Shown: positions 19,425-29,980 of the stretch, one piece after another | How positions within the stretch are numbered: the stretch's first letter is position 1 | Layout: the number at the start of each line of letters is the position of its first letter | From: Candidatus Latescibacterota bacterium | Lineage (GTDB): Bacteria; Latescibacterota; UBA2968; GCA-2709665 | Length of the DNA: 64,000 nt | Direction of reading: 5' to 3' | NCBI GenBank assembly: GCA_965248435.1 | Contig: OZ252100.1 | Coordinates: forward strand, 1,376,001 to 1,440,000 | Notes under the pieces: generated by a model | Told to the model about the DNA's origin: nothing | Seen by the model: the letters and a program-made list of their open reading frames with translations, nothing else | The model's database searches: none | Position numbers and translations under genes: made by a program

Positions 19425-20078
19425 ATGAGCACCACCGATACTCGAGACCGATTGCTCGATGCCGCCGAACGGCTCTTTTCAGAACAGGGTCTCGAGGCCA
19501 CCTCGCTTCGATCCATCACGGCCCAGGCCTCTGCGAATCTGGCTTCCATCCACTACCACTTCGGTTCGAAAGAGGCCCTGATCCAGGAAGTCTTTGCGCG
19601 CAGGCTGGGACCCCTGAATGACGAGCGCCTGAGGCTCCTGGACAACGTGGAGAGAGAAGCAGGCGACGCCCCTCCGCCCCTGGAAGCGATCCTGGAGGCT
19701 TTCATCTCGCCCCCACTCAGACTTAGACTGGGACCCAAACGTGAGGGCAGGGACATCTGCAGGCTCATGGGGAGGATCTATTTCGAACCGTCGGAATTGA
19801 CGATGAACATCCTGGAGCAGTTCGACGAAGTCGTTCAACGGTTCACCTCAACCCTTGCTCGCACGCTCCCCGATCTATCTCAGCCAGAGCTCATGTGGAG
19901 ATTCTTTTTCATGATCGGAAGCATGGCCATGATGCTTGTCGGGGCGGACGTCATCAAGGAAAAGACCCACGGTATCTGTGATCCTTCCGATTTGGATGCT
20001 ACGCTCCGCCGCCTCGTCAATTTTGCGTCGGCAGGCATTCGCGACCCTCTCTCCGAACCCGTCGAGAGAACGCTATGA
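19425..20078 (+). CDS. TetR/AcrR family transcriptional regulator
   Basis: TRDRLLDAAERLF..ANLASIHYHFGSKEAL HTH. Confidence 0.93.
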   Translation: MSTTDTRDRLLDAAERLFSEQGLEATSLRSITAQASANLASIHYHFGSKEALIQEVFARRLGPLNDERLRLLDNVEREAGDAPPPLEAILEAFISPPLRLRLGPKREGRDICRLMGRIYFEPSELTMNILEQFDEVVQRFTSTLARTLPDLSQPELMWRFFFMIGSMAMMLVGADVIKEKTHGICDPSDLDATLRRLVNFASAGIRDPLSEPVERTL

Positions 20079-21493
20079 AACATCGAACTCTGCTTCTCAT
20101 TCTCTTGTTGGCAAGCGCGTGCGCCTCCGCGCCCAGGACCCGTCAGCCAGAGCTACGCACCCAGACCCCGGAGCGATGGGCAGTGGGCTCAGAAGCCGCG
20201 GCCCGTGGCGACTCCTTGTGGTGGACCCGATTCGAAGACGAGCAGTTGAGCCTCCTTGTGCAGGAGGCCCTGGGCCACAACTACAACCTGCAGGAGGCGG
20301 CGGCCAGGCTCGAATCCGCCTCGGCCCGAGCGAAGATTGTGGGCGCGCCGCTCTACCCCCAGCTGAATGCCGGATTCTCCAGCTCGCGCCGCAAACAGAA
20401 TTTTATCGGTTTTCCCATCCCTGGAGAAAATGGTGTCGCCACCTCGACGACCAACAGTTTTGGCGTTTCCCTCGACCTCTCCTGGGAAGTCGATCTCTGG
20501 GGCCGTCTCGGTGCAGGAAAGGCGGCGGCCGTGGCCGACCGGCAGGCTGCGATTGCGGACCTGAATGGCGCCAGACTCTCGCTCGCTGCCCAGACCGCCA
20601 AGGCCTGGTTCGCGGCGGCTGAGGCCGGCCGTCAGGTCGAACTGGCGCGCGCGACCGTGGACAATTACGAGACCAGCCTGCAGCAGGTTCGGGCGCGATA
20701 TGAGCGCGGGCTTCGCCCTTCGCTGGACCTTCGGCTCTCGCTGTCCAGCCTGGCCACGGCCGAAGACCTCCTGGAGCAGCGCCTGCAGCTGTTGGACGGG
20801 GCCTTGCGCCAGCTCGAAATCCTGCTCGGCCGATATCCGGGTGCATCTATCACCCCTGCCGAAGATCTTCCTCGTGTCACGAATGAAGTACCGGCCGGCT
20901 TGAAGGCCGACCTCGTGGCCAGGCGTCCCGACTTGATCGCGGCTGAGCGACGATTTGCCGCTTCCTACGCCCGAATCTCCGAGGCCCGGAAGGCCCTCTA
21001 CCCGCGCATCAGTCTGACCTCGTCAGGTGGAACGGCGAGCGATGAACTGGGCGATCTCTTGAGCGGTGACTTCAGCGTCTGGAACCTGTTCGGTAATGTG
21101 GTTCAGCCGCTCTTTCAGGGTGGGCGACTCAGGGCCGGTGTCTCCCTGGCAGAGTCGGAGTCTCAGCGGGCCCTCGCGCGATATGCGCAAAGCGTGCTGC
21201 TTGCGTTCGCGGAAGTCGAGTCTGCGCTCTCAGCGGAGGGGTTTCTGTCCAGACGCCAGGATGCCCTTGAAGCGGCCACTGAACAAGCGGTGTCCGCGCG
21301 CCGGCTCGCCGAAGAAAGATATTTAAGCGGCCTGGCTGACCTGATTACCCTGCTTGAATCCCAGCGGCGCGCCTACGACGCCGAGAGTCGGCTGCTTACC
21401 GTGCGCCGACTCCGACTGGACGCGCGCATCGACCTCCACCTCGCGCTAGGGGGTGGATTCTCTCAGACCAGCGCTGGGGCATCGTCGAACTAA
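20075..21493 (+). CDS. RND efflux outer-membrane lipoprotein (NodT/OprM family)
   Basis: LASAC lipobox, WEVDLWG, RRPDL, ALGGG. Confidence 0.93.
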   Translation: MKHRTLLLILLLASACASAPRTRQPELRTQTPERWAVGSEAAARGDSLWWTRFEDEQLSLLVQEALGHNYNLQEAAARLESASARAKIVGAPLYPQLNAGFSSSRRKQNFIGFPIPGENGVATSTTNSFGVSLDLSWEVDLWGRLGAGKAAAVADRQAAIADLNGARLSLAAQTAKAWFAAAEAGRQVELARATVDNYETSLQQVRARYERGLRPSLDLRLSLSSLATAEDLLEQRLQLLDGALRQLEILLGRYPGASITPAEDLPRVTNEVPAGLKADLVARRPDLIAAERRFAASYARISEARKALYPRISLTSSGGTASDELGDLLSGDFSVWNLFGNVVQPLFQGGRLRAGVSLAESESQRALARYAQSVLLAFAEVESALSAEGFLSRRQDALEAATEQAVSARRLAEERYLSGLADLITLLESQRRAYDAESRLLTVRRLRLDARIDLHLALGGGFSQTSAGASSN

Positions 21494-21506
21494 GGAAGGA
21501 AGAAAA

Positions 21507-22712
21507 ATGAAGGCGAATCCCAAGGTCGTCCTCCCGCTCGTCGTCCTCGCCGCCGGCGTGCTGGCGGCCGTTCTGCTAATCAGCGCCCGCCAGGATGTAG
21601 CTACGCAGTCACCTCGCATCCCCCCTCCAGTCGTCCGGGTCCATTCCGTCACGCTCGATAGCCTTAAGCTAAAGGTAATGACGCAGGGCACCGTGACGCC
21701 GCGAACCGAAAGCACCCTCCTTTCTCAGGTCGCCGGCCAAGTCCTGGCCACCTCGCCCGCTTTCGCAAGTGGCGGATTCTTTGAAACCGGGGATCTCCTG
21801 GTCAAGATCGACCCCCGGGACTATGAATTGGCGCTGGCCGAAGCCGAATCCCGGGTCGCGCAGGCCAGACTCCGTCTGGCCCGGGAGGTTGAAGAAGCAG
21901 CAGTGGCCCTGTTGGAGTGGCAACGGGTCGGGCAGGGCCAGGCGACGCCCCTCGTGCTTCGGGAACCGCAGCTGAGAGAGGCCCGCGCTGCGGTGAAGGC
22001 TGCGGCCGCCCGTCTCGAGCGAGCGCGTCTCGACCTGAGCCGAACGCGAATCCGTGCCCCATACGCGGGTCGAATCAGAAGCAAGAGCGTGGACATCGGT
22101 CAGCTCGTGAGCCCGGGCACCCCGCTCGCCAGGATCTATTCCGTGGATTATGCCGAAGTTCGGCTGCCGATTCCGGATCAGCAACTTTCATTCCTCGAGG
22201 TGTCCTTCGATTTCAGGGGTGAAACCGAACTGAAACAGGGGCCCGATGTTATCCTGCGCGGAGAGTTTGCCGGCAGCGAGTATACCTGGTCCGGCCGCGT
22301 CGTCCGGGTTGAGGGAGAGATCGATCCGCACACCCGGATGGTCTACGTCGTGGCTCGGGTTGCAGATCCATATGGACGGGGGGACGATCCGGACCGCCCT
22401 CCTCTGGCCGCCGGACTTTTCGTTCAGGCAGAAGTCCTGGGGCGATCGGTCGAGAACGTCGTCGTGCTTCCTCGCTCAGCTCTGCGAGGGCAAGACCAGG
22501 TCCTGGTGGTCGACGAGGAGAATCGCCTCCGCTTCCGGGAGGTCGCGATCCTCCGCTCGGATACCGACAGGGTAATCCTTCACTCTGGGCTGACCGCCGG
22601 GGAGCGGGTCTGTATCTCACCCCTGGAAGCGGTCGTCGACGGCATGCGGGTCCGCATCCTGGGAGAGAAATCCGAGACTCCCGGCACAAAGACAGAGGGG
22701 GATCCGGCATGA
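21507..22712 (+). CDS. RND periplasmic adaptor subunit
   Basis: N-terminal TM, lipoyl half-motifs, TRIRAPYAG; RBS AAGGAAGG. Confidence 0.92.
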   Translation: MKANPKVVLPLVVLAAGVLAAVLLISARQDVATQSPRIPPPVVRVHSVTLDSLKLKVMTQGTVTPRTESTLLSQVAGQVLATSPAFASGGFFETGDLLVKIDPRDYELALAEAESRVAQARLRLAREVEEAAVALLEWQRVGQGQATPLVLREPQLREARAAVKAAAARLERARLDLSRTRIRAPYAGRIRSKSVDIGQLVSPGTPLARIYSVDYAEVRLPIPDQQLSFLEVSFDFRGETELKQGPDVILRGEFAGSEYTWSGRVVRVEGEIDPHTRMVYVVARVADPYGRGDDPDRPPLAAGLFVQAEVLGRSVENVVVLPRSALRGQDQVLVVDEENRLRFREVAILRSDTDRVILHSGLTAGERVCISPLEAVVDGMRVRILGEKSETPGTKTEGDPA

Positions 22713-25700
22713 ACCGCGCAATCGCCTGGTTCGCGAATAACATCGTGGCCGCCAACCTGCTCATGGTCGTGATCCTGGGCGGCGGACTGATGACGATTTC
22801 CCGCCTCAAAATGGAGATCTTCCCAGAATTTTCGTCGGAAGTGATCACCGTCTCCGTGCTGTATCCCGGAGCCGCACCAGAGGAAGTGGAGGAAGGTGTA
22901 TGCATGCGCATCGAAGAGGCGCTGCAGGGGCTCGAAGGAGTGGAAAGGGTGACGGCGACGGCCTCGGAGAACTTTGGTTCCGTCAACATCGAGCTCGTTC
23001 CGGGAGCCGATCCCCGGGAACTGATGGACGACGTCAAGTCCCGGGTGGACGCCATCGAGACCTTCCCGGGGGAGACGGAAAAACCGATCGTCAAGGAGGT
23101 CAACATCCGGAGACAGGTGATCGTCGTCTCTATTTCCGGCAAGGCGGACGAGGCCACGCTCAAGTACCTGGGCGAACAGGTCCGCGACGAGATCTCTACG
23201 ATTCCGGGGATTACACAGACCGAACTGGCCAACGCTCGACCGTATGAAGTGTCCATCGAAGTCTCGGAGACCGCACTTCGCCGATTCGGACTCACCTTCG
23301 ATGAAGTCGCCCGTGCGGTACGCCGCTCATCCCTGGACCTGCCTGGCGGATCCATCAAGACAGAAGGTGGGGAGATCCTCCTGCGCACGAAAGGTCAGGC
23401 CTATCGCGGGCCGGACTTCGAGGACGTCGTTCTGCGCGCGCGTCCGGACGGTACACACCTCACCCTCGGCGAGGTGGCGACCGTCGTAGACGGCTTTGAA
23501 GAGACCGACCAGTCTGCGCGGTTCAATGAGGATCCCGCCGTCCAGGTCCTTGTATTCCGCGTGGGGGATCAGAACGCCCTCCAAATTGCGGAAAAGGTGA
23601 AGGCCTACGTCGGAGAGACACAGGGCCGCATGCCCGAAGGCATCCAGTTGACGACCTGGGCCGACTTCTCTCTGGTCCTCAGAAGTCGTCTCGATCTGCT
23701 CATTCGGAACGGCCGCGCCGGTTTCTCCCTGGTCTTTCTGATCCTCGCACTCTTCCTCAGGCTTCGTCTCGCCTTCTGGGTCGCCCTGGGGATTCCGATC
23801 TCGTTCCTCGGGGCCATCTGGTTGATGCCATCGATGGACGCCTCCATCAACCTCATCTCCCTGTTTGCCTTTATCGTCGTGCTTGGGATCGTCGTGGACG
23901 ACGCGATCATCGTCGGGGAAAACATCTACCGCCACTTCCAGATGGGGAAGGACAGATTGCGTGCCGCGATCGAGGGCGCGCAGCAGGTTTCGGTGCCGGT
24001 CATCTTCGCTGTCCTGACCTCCGTCGCCGCGTTCTCGCCCCTGCTTTCGGTCCCCGGAAACACGGGTAAGATCATGAAACTCATCCCCGAGATCGTGATC
24101 GCGACGCTTTTGTTTTCTCTGATCGAGTCGCTGTTCATCCTGCCGGCCCACCTCGCACATTCCAGGATGAACGGCAAGAAAAGTGGATCCTGGCCGGTCG
24201 GCAGGTGGTGGAATCGATTTCAGGAAGGGTTTACCTCCAGAGTGCGCCACCTCACGGACACGGTCTATCGCCCCATCCTGGAATTTGCTTTGGGGTGGCG
24301 CTATCTCACGATTGCCTGGGGAGTCTCCATGCTGCTGCTGACGTTCGGGATCGTGGGCGGAGGCTGGATCAAGTTTACGTTCTTCCCTCAAGTGGAAGCG
24401 GATTACGTGGTTTCCCTTCTGACGATGCCTCAAGGCACACCGGCCGAGACCACCGCCGAGGCGCTTCGAAGGCTCGAGAAAACGGCCTTGATCCTCGAAA
24501 AAGAAATCGAGGATGAAGCAGGAGAGGAGATCTTCAGACACATGATGACCTCCGTGGCCGAACAGCCCTATCGGGCTTCCCAGAGGGCGAATGCCGGCAG
24601 TGCCGCTACGTTCGCAGCTGCGCACCTCGGAGAGGTCATGATCGAACTCACCCCCTCAGAGACCCGGGACATCAGCAGCCCGGAAATCGCCAAACGCTGG
24701 CGCGAGCTCACCGGCCCGATTCCCGATGCCCTCGAGCTCACCTTTACGGCTTCCTTGTTTTCTACGGGTGAGCCGATCAACGTTCAGCTCTCCGGACCGG
24801 ATAACCGCGAGCTTCAGGAGGTAGCGGAAAAACTCAAGGCCAGGCTGGCGGAATATCCCGGAGTAATCGACATTGCGGATTCCTTTCGCCCTGGAAAGCA
24901 GGAGGTCAGACTCTCCCTCACGCGGGCAGCCGAAACCCTCGGTCTCTCCCTGTCCGACCTCGCCCGCCAGGTCCGCCAGGCCTTCTACGGGGAAGAGGCA
25001 CAACGCATCCAGCGGGGCAGGAATGACGTCAAGGTCATGGTCCGGTACCCCGCTCACGAAAGGCAGTCGCTCGGAAACCTCGAAGAGATGCGCATCCGAA
25101 CCCCCGACGGGAGCGAAGTGCCTTTCTCCATCGCTGCCAGGGCCGAACTGGGTCGCGGCTACGCGTCCATTCGACGCACGGATCGCCAGCGCATCGTCAC
25201 CGTAACCGCCGACGTGGACGAAAAGGCCGCTAACGCGAATGACGTGCTATCCGACCTGACCGCGTCCGCGTTGCCGAAAATGCTCGAAGATCATCCACGG
25301 GTGCGGTTTACGCTTGAAGGGGAGCAGCGCGAGCAGCGAGAAGTGATGGGTGGGCTACAGAGGAGTTTCATGCTTGCACTGCTCGTGATTTACGTCCTGC
25401 TTGCCATCCCCTTCAAGTCCTACGTCCAACCCTTGATCATCATGGCGGCCATCCCGTTCGGGTTGGTCGGCGCAGTCTGGGGACATATCATCATGGGGAT
25501 GAACCTGACTATCCTCTCGATGTTCGGCCTGGTCGCGCTCACGGGCGTCGTGGTGAACGACAGCCTGGTGATGGTCGACTTCATCAACCGAAACAGGTCA
25601 GAGGGTGCGTCGCTCGATGAGGCCATCCGAGAGGCCGGTGTGGCACGATTCAGGCCCATCCTGCTCACCTCATTCACGACCTTTGGCGGACTCACCCCCA

Positions 25701-25903
25701 TCCTGCTGGAAAAGAGCATGCAGGCCCAATTCCTGATCCCCATGGCCATCTCCCTCGGGTTCGGGGTCCTTCTTTCCACCTTTACCACGCTGATCCTGGT
25801 CCCCGTGAGTTACGCCATTCTGGAAGACATTCGGGGGCTGGCCACCAGGATCCTGGGACGAGAAACCGAAGATCTTAAGGGGGATATGGGGCAAGCAGCC
25901 TAG
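22709..25903 (+). CDS. RND efflux permease (AcrB/AcrD/AcrF family)
   Basis: GIVVDDAII, GVVVND, RFRPILLT; 1064 aa. Confidence 0.95.
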   Translation: MNRAIAWFANNIVAANLLMVVILGGGLMTISRLKMEIFPEFSSEVITVSVLYPGAAPEEVEEGVCMRIEEALQGLEGVERVTATASENFGSVNIELVPGADPRELMDDVKSRVDAIETFPGETEKPIVKEVNIRRQVIVVSISGKADEATLKYLGEQVRDEISTIPGITQTELANARPYEVSIEVSETALRRFGLTFDEVARAVRRSSLDLPGGSIKTEGGEILLRTKGQAYRGPDFEDVVLRARPDGTHLTLGEVATVVDGFEETDQSARFNEDPAVQVLVFRVGDQNALQIAEKVKAYVGETQGRMPEGIQLTTWADFSLVLRSRLDLLIRNGRAGFSLVFLILALFLRLRLAFWVALGIPISFLGAIWLMPSMDASINLISLFAFIVVLGIVVDDAIIVGENIYRHFQMGKDRLRAAIEGAQQVSVPVIFAVLTSVAAFSPLLSVPGNTGKIMKLIPEIVIATLLFSLIESLFILPAHLAHSRMNGKKSGSWPVGRWWNRFQEGFTSRVRHLTDTVYRPILEFALGWRYLTIAWGVSMLLLTFGIVGGGWIKFTFFPQVEADYVVSLLTMPQGTPAETTAEALRRLEKTALILEKEIEDEAGEEIFRHMMTSVAEQPYRASQRANAGSAATFAAAHLGEVMIELTPSETRDISSPEIAKRWRELTGPIPDALELTFTASLFSTGEPINVQLSGPDNRELQEVAEKLKARLAEYPGVIDIADSFRPGKQEVRLSLTRAAETLGLSLSDLARQVRQAFYGEEAQRIQRGRNDVKVMVRYPAHERQSLGNLEEMRIRTPDGSEVPFSIAARAELGRGYASIRRTDRQRIVTVTADVDEKAANANDVLSDLTASALPKMLEDHPRVRFTLEGEQREQREVMGGLQRSFMLALLVIYVLLAIPFKSYVQPLIIMAAIPFGLVGAVWGHIIMGMNLTILSMFGLVALTGVVVNDSLVMVDFINRNRSEGASLDEAIREAGVARFRPILLTSFTTFGGLTPILLEKSMQAQFLIPMAISLGFGVLLSTFTTLILVPVSYAILEDIRGLATRILGRETEDLKGDMGQAA

Positions 25904-26031
25904 GTTTCGAGCCAAAATGAACTCCTTGGCCGTACCAGAAGCCTTGTCAAGACCCGAAATTCTTTTTATCTTAGTTTTCTATAGAAGACCGAAGCCTCGT
26001 TTGTATTAACTGCGCAAGAGGGCTGCTCCGA

Positions 26032-27081
26032 ATGACACTTTTGGCCGAAACGGTCCAGGGAACCTGTGAAGAGATAAGGCGGAAGGTGAACGGCATTGTG
26101 CCGGACATGGAACTCCTCTACAAAGCCGAGCTGGTCTACGAAATCAATCGGCTCAAGGAGGAGCGGGGTGCGGTCATCCTCGGCCACAACTACATGGAAC
26201 CGGTCCTCTACCATACCATTCCGGACTTCGTCGGAGATTCGCTTGAGCTCAGTCGCAGGGCTGCAGAGACCGACTGCGATCCGATCGTCTTCTGCGGGGT
26301 GCGATTCATGGCGGAAACGGCCAAGATCCTGAACCCGGAAAAGACGGTCCTGCTCCCCGCGAAAGAAGCGGGCTGCTCGCTTGCCGCCAGCATTACCGCC
26401 AACGACGTCCGCGATCTGCGCGAAAAACATCCCGGTGTCCCGATCGTGACCTACATCAACACATACGCCGATGTCAAAGCGGAATCGGATATCTGCTGTA
26501 CCTCGAGCAACGCCGCCAGTATCGTGGAAGCGCTGGAGAGCGACCGCGTGATCTTCCTCCCCGATGAATACCTGGCGGCGAACGTCGCTCAGGAAACGGG
26601 CAAGCGGATCATCTTCCCGACAAGGAACGGAAACGGAAGGCATCAGGAGGGTCTTGACTACGAGATGGTCGGCTGGCACGGCCGTTGCGAGGTCCACGAG
26701 CGATTTACGGTGGAAGACGTTGAAAATGTCCGCGCGCAGTTCCCCGAAGTCGTCGTGATCGCCCACCCGGAATGCAGCCCCGAAGTCGTTCAGGCCTCAG
26801 ATTATTCCGGGAGTACCTCCAAAATCATCAAGTACGTCCAGGAAGTGGAAGCTCCAAACTATCTGCTCCTGACCGAGTGCAGCATGGCCGACAACATCAC
26901 CGCAGAGAATCGTGAGAAGGAAATGGTGCGGCTCTGCAGCGTCCGGTGCCCTCACATGAACGAAATCACCCTGGAAGACACCTTGAACGCACTTCAGAAT
27001 GACGTGCAGATCATCGAGATCCCGGAAGACATTCGGGTCAGGGCCAGAAAAGCGGTGGATCGCATGCTTGAATTCACTTGA
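26032..27081 (+). CDS. nadA: Quinolinate synthase
   Basis: HNY, FCGVRFMAETAK, GCSLA, YINT, CEVH, HPEC, CPHM. Confidence 0.95.
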   Translation: MTLLAETVQGTCEEIRRKVNGIVPDMELLYKAELVYEINRLKEERGAVILGHNYMEPVLYHTIPDFVGDSLELSRRAAETDCDPIVFCGVRFMAETAKILNPEKTVLLPAKEAGCSLAASITANDVRDLREKHPGVPIVTYINTYADVKAESDICCTSSNAASIVEALESDRVIFLPDEYLAANVAQETGKRIIFPTRNGNGRHQEGLDYEMVGWHGRCEVHERFTVEDVENVRAQFPEVVVIAHPECSPEVVQASDYSGSTSKIIKYVQEVEAPNYLLLTECSMADNITAENREKEMVRLCSVRCPHMNEITLEDTLNALQNDVQIIEIPEDIRVRARKAVDRMLEFT

Positions 27082-27102
27082 GATAGATGGGCATGAATGC
27101 AC

Positions 27103-27140
27103 GAAGGGGCGGGTTCCGCGAACCCGCCCCTTCTTATTTT
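27103..27140 (+). terminator. Intrinsic terminator
   Basis: GAAGGGGCGGGTTC-CGC-GAACCCGCCCCTTC followed by TTATTTT. Confidence 0.8.
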
Positions 27141-27224
27141 GTTCTTCTCCGAACCATCAATTCCGTCTATGACGAGATGTCAATACCAACCGAACGATTA
27201 AGACGATAGATGATCTACGATTCG

Positions 27225-28580
27225 TCACTTCAGTTCACTCTGGCCCGACTCTCCGTCGTAAACCTCCGTCTGGAATACCTGATCCTGCAGTGAGATGTAC
27301 TCCTCCTTCGAAAACTCCGGCTGATACTCTTCTAAAACCTCCTGCGCCTTCTCAGCCTGGCCGTAGAGCAGGTCTACCGCGAACATGGCCAGTGACTTCG
27401 CCGGGGCCAGGTAACCCATGTCCTTGTCCGAGATGTGCCACTCCGCGCTGTGAAAGCCCCCGGTCGCCCCTCCGATGTAGGGATGGAGAGACGGCATGAG
27501 CAGTGACAGGTCGCCCATATCGGTCGAGCCCGCCTGATGCGGGATCTCGGTGTAATCATCCGCGCTGAAGAGGTCCTCTGCGTTCGTCTTGAAGATCGCT
27601 TTCATGTTCTGATCGTTCCTGAGCGGCATGTAGCCCGGCAGCGTCTCGATCTCCACCTTCGCGCCGAGCCCGAGCGCTCCCGCCCGCAGGGCCCGGTCCA
27701 CCTTGCGATTGGCCTCCAGGATCGCTTCGTTCGTCTTCCCCCGGACAAAGGTCTCCATACGGACCTCTGCCGGAATCACGTTTACGATATCACCGCCCTT
27801 GGTGATGATCGGGTGCACGCGGATGACATCTTCTTCTTTGAACGTCTCCCGCAAGGCGTTGATCGCAGTCATCGCGACCTGTGCCGCGTAGAGGGCATTC
27901 ACGCCCAGATGCGGCCATCCGCCTGCGTGGGCCGCGCGCCCGATGTAGCGGATCAGCTTTACGACGCATCCGTTCGTGGAGTCAGACAGTGCTGCCTTTT
28001 TCATTGTCTCAGGCAAGGAGTGGGTATGGATCATCGCGGCCATGTCTATGTCGTCGAAATGTCCGAGCCGGATCAACTCAGGCTTTCCGCCCAGATAGCC
28101 CAGCTTCCCTTCCCTCACGAGCCCGAGTCTGTACTCCACCTGCACATACTCCTCCGCGGGTACCGCGAAAAAGATCACCGTTCCGGCCAATTCCTCCGCG
28201 GCCTGGCTGTCCACCATGCCCATCATCGCCCCCATCAGGCCGGCGATCTGCGCGTTGTGGCCACAGGCGTGTGCGGCGCCGGTCTCCGGATCCGCGTTCG
28301 GGTGATCGGCCACGACTAGAGAATCGAGCTCGCCGATCAGGGCGACTGTCGGACCGGGTCGTTTACTCTTCAGCACCCCTTTCACACCCGTGATCCCCAG
28401 GCCGGATTCGAACGAAATTCCGAACTCTTCCATGGTATTCGCGACAAGCTTGGCGGTCTTGAATTCGGTGAAGCCCGGTTCGGGATGGGCCATGATATGG
28501 TCTCCAATCCCCTCGATCTGAGACCGCCGAGCATCGATCCGCTCACAGATTCGGCGCTTTAATTCCTCTTTAGTAGCCAT
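27225..28580 (-). CDS. M20 family amidohydrolase
   Basis: HPE, ELD, HACGHN, PAEE, GSTDMGD. Confidence 0.9.
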   Translation of the reverse strand: MATKEELKRRICERIDARRSQIEGIGDHIMAHPEPGFTEFKTAKLVANTMEEFGISFESGLGITGVKGVLKSKRPGPTVALIGELDSLVVADHPNADPETGAAHACGHNAQIAGLMGAMMGMVDSQAAEELAGTVIFFAVPAEEYVQVEYRLGLVREGKLGYLGGKPELIRLGHFDDIDMAAMIHTHSLPETMKKAALSDSTNGCVVKLIRYIGRAAHAGGWPHLGVNALYAAQVAMTAINALRETFKEEDVIRVHPIITKGGDIVNVIPAEVRMETFVRGKTNEAILEANRKVDRALRAGALGLGAKVEIETLPGYMPLRNDQNMKAIFKTNAEDLFSADDYTEIPHQAGSTDMGDLSLLMPSLHPYIGGATGGFHSAEWHISDKDMGYLAPAKSLAMFAVDLLYGQAEKAQEVLEEYQPEFSKEEYISLQDQVFQTEVYDGESGQSELK

Positions 28581-28616
28581 AGCTCCTCTAGATCTTGATT
28601 TGTAGGCTTACCAGTT

Positions 28617-28712
28617 TCGCGATTCTGGAGTGTTGTATTGGAGTGTTGGGGAATGACCAGCGGTATCTCTGCCCTGGTTTTCCATTACTCCAATACTCCA
28701 ACCCCCCAACCC
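28617..28712. repeat. Inverted octamer array (GGAGTRTT / ACTCCAAT)
   Basis: ggagtgttgtattggagtgttgg ... ccattactccaatactccaaccccccaac; related array at 46748-46868. Confidence 0.65.
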
Positions 28713-28727
28713 TACAGCTTTTCTTCC

Positions 28728-29777
28728 TTATCTCACCTTCAACAGAAGCACAAGAAGAATCGGCGTGCCGACCGCCTGCAGCAGCATGAATCTGACGAGT
28801 ACCTGGGTATTCGACCAGCCGCCGCTCTGTCGGAAATGGTCGTGAAGCGGATACCGCACCGTCTTGAAGATCCCGATCTTGAAGAAGCGGAGCAGTCCCA
28901 CCTTCAACAGGCCCGTAGCACCGTTGACCAGGACGACCCCTGCCACGACAAAGATCAGGAAGGGATTCCCGCAGGCGAGCACCAGCATCCCCAGCAGCAG
29001 GCCGATCGGCCGCGAGCCCGCATCGCCCATCAGCACGGCACTCGGAAAGGAATTGTGCCAAAGGTAGCCGGCCATACAGCCAACCATCAGAAAGGCCATC
29101 AGCGCCCATCCCGCACCGTCGTGGTAATGAGGCACGAGCAGGTAGTCGGCGATGACCCTGTGTCCGACGATCCCGTAGAGGATGCCCCCGATATACAGAA
29201 ACGCCAGCGCGCAGAGGCTTCCCGAAAGCCCATCCACGCCGTCTGTACAGTTCGTGGCGTTAATGGAAAGCCAAATCACGACCGCGGCGCAGGGAATGAA
29301 AATCAAGGGTCCGACGACAACGGGCGTCTTGATGAGCGGCAGCCAGAGCTGCACATCGTCGAGCTGGCAGATCACGATTGCACCCAGGACCGAAATCGCA
29401 AGATCGATGCCACCCAACCGGTACTCATTCCATCCCTTTTCGCTCCGGTCATCCATGTATCCGGCAACCATCGCCAGCAGAACACAGACCAGGGCCTGCA
29501 CAAACTTGGCCTCGAGAGGGAGAACGAGGAGACCCACTGCCAGATAAGCCGGGATGAAGATGATTCCGGCGCCGACCGGCTTGCCCTGACTCTGCTCGGC
29601 TTCAACTGCGTATTGCCGGCCTCTGTCCCTGGGCAGGCGTCCCCATAGACGAGGAAGCAGAGACCAGGTCAGTATCGCGCAGAGGGCGGTTCCCAACCCA
29701 CCCAGAAACAGGTATGACGTAAACAGCCGGAGCGGGCCGTAGACTTCAGAAAAGTTATGGCCGATCCAGTTGAGCAT
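28728..29777 (-). CDS. mraY: Phospho-N-acetylmuramoyl-pentapeptide transferase (MraY-like), stand-alone
   Basis: GYMDD, NCTDGVDGL, MGDAGS, PLHDHF; about 10 TM. Confidence 0.8.
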   Translation of the reverse strand: MLNWIGHNFSEVYGPLRLFTSYLFLGGLGTALCAILTWSLLPRLWGRLPRDRGRQYAVEAEQSQGKPVGAGIIFIPAYLAVGLLVLPLEAKFVQALVCVLLAMVAGYMDDRSEKGWNEYRLGGIDLAISVLGAIVICQLDDVQLWLPLIKTPVVVGPLIFIPCAAVVIWLSINATNCTDGVDGLSGSLCALAFLYIGGILYGIVGHRVIADYLLVPHYHDGAGWALMAFLMVGCMAGYLWHNSFPSAVLMGDAGSRPIGLLLGMLVLACGNPFLIFVVAGVVLVNGATGLLKVGLLRFFKIGIFKTVRYPLHDHFRQSGGWSNTQVLVRFMLLQAVGTPILLVLLLKVR

Positions 29778-29890
29778 AACGGCACTTATCTTTCACTTAG
29801 GCAGGGATTTCAGCGGAAGAGCGTCTGTTGTATCGACAAGGTAATGCCATCGAGTTAAAAGGGCAAGGGTAAGTTAGGCATTGGCCGATC

Positions 29891-29919
29891 TTGACAGCCT
29901 TTGTTATTGCATCTATTAT
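29891..29919 (+). promoter_or_regulatory. Sigma70-like promoter
   Basis: TTGACA-17 nt-TATTAT upstream of the HAD gene. Confidence 0.6.
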
Positions 29920-29980
29920 TGATCTCCGGTAAAACATAACGCGCAATCTATTTCATCGACCTGAATACGAAGCCACAGGA

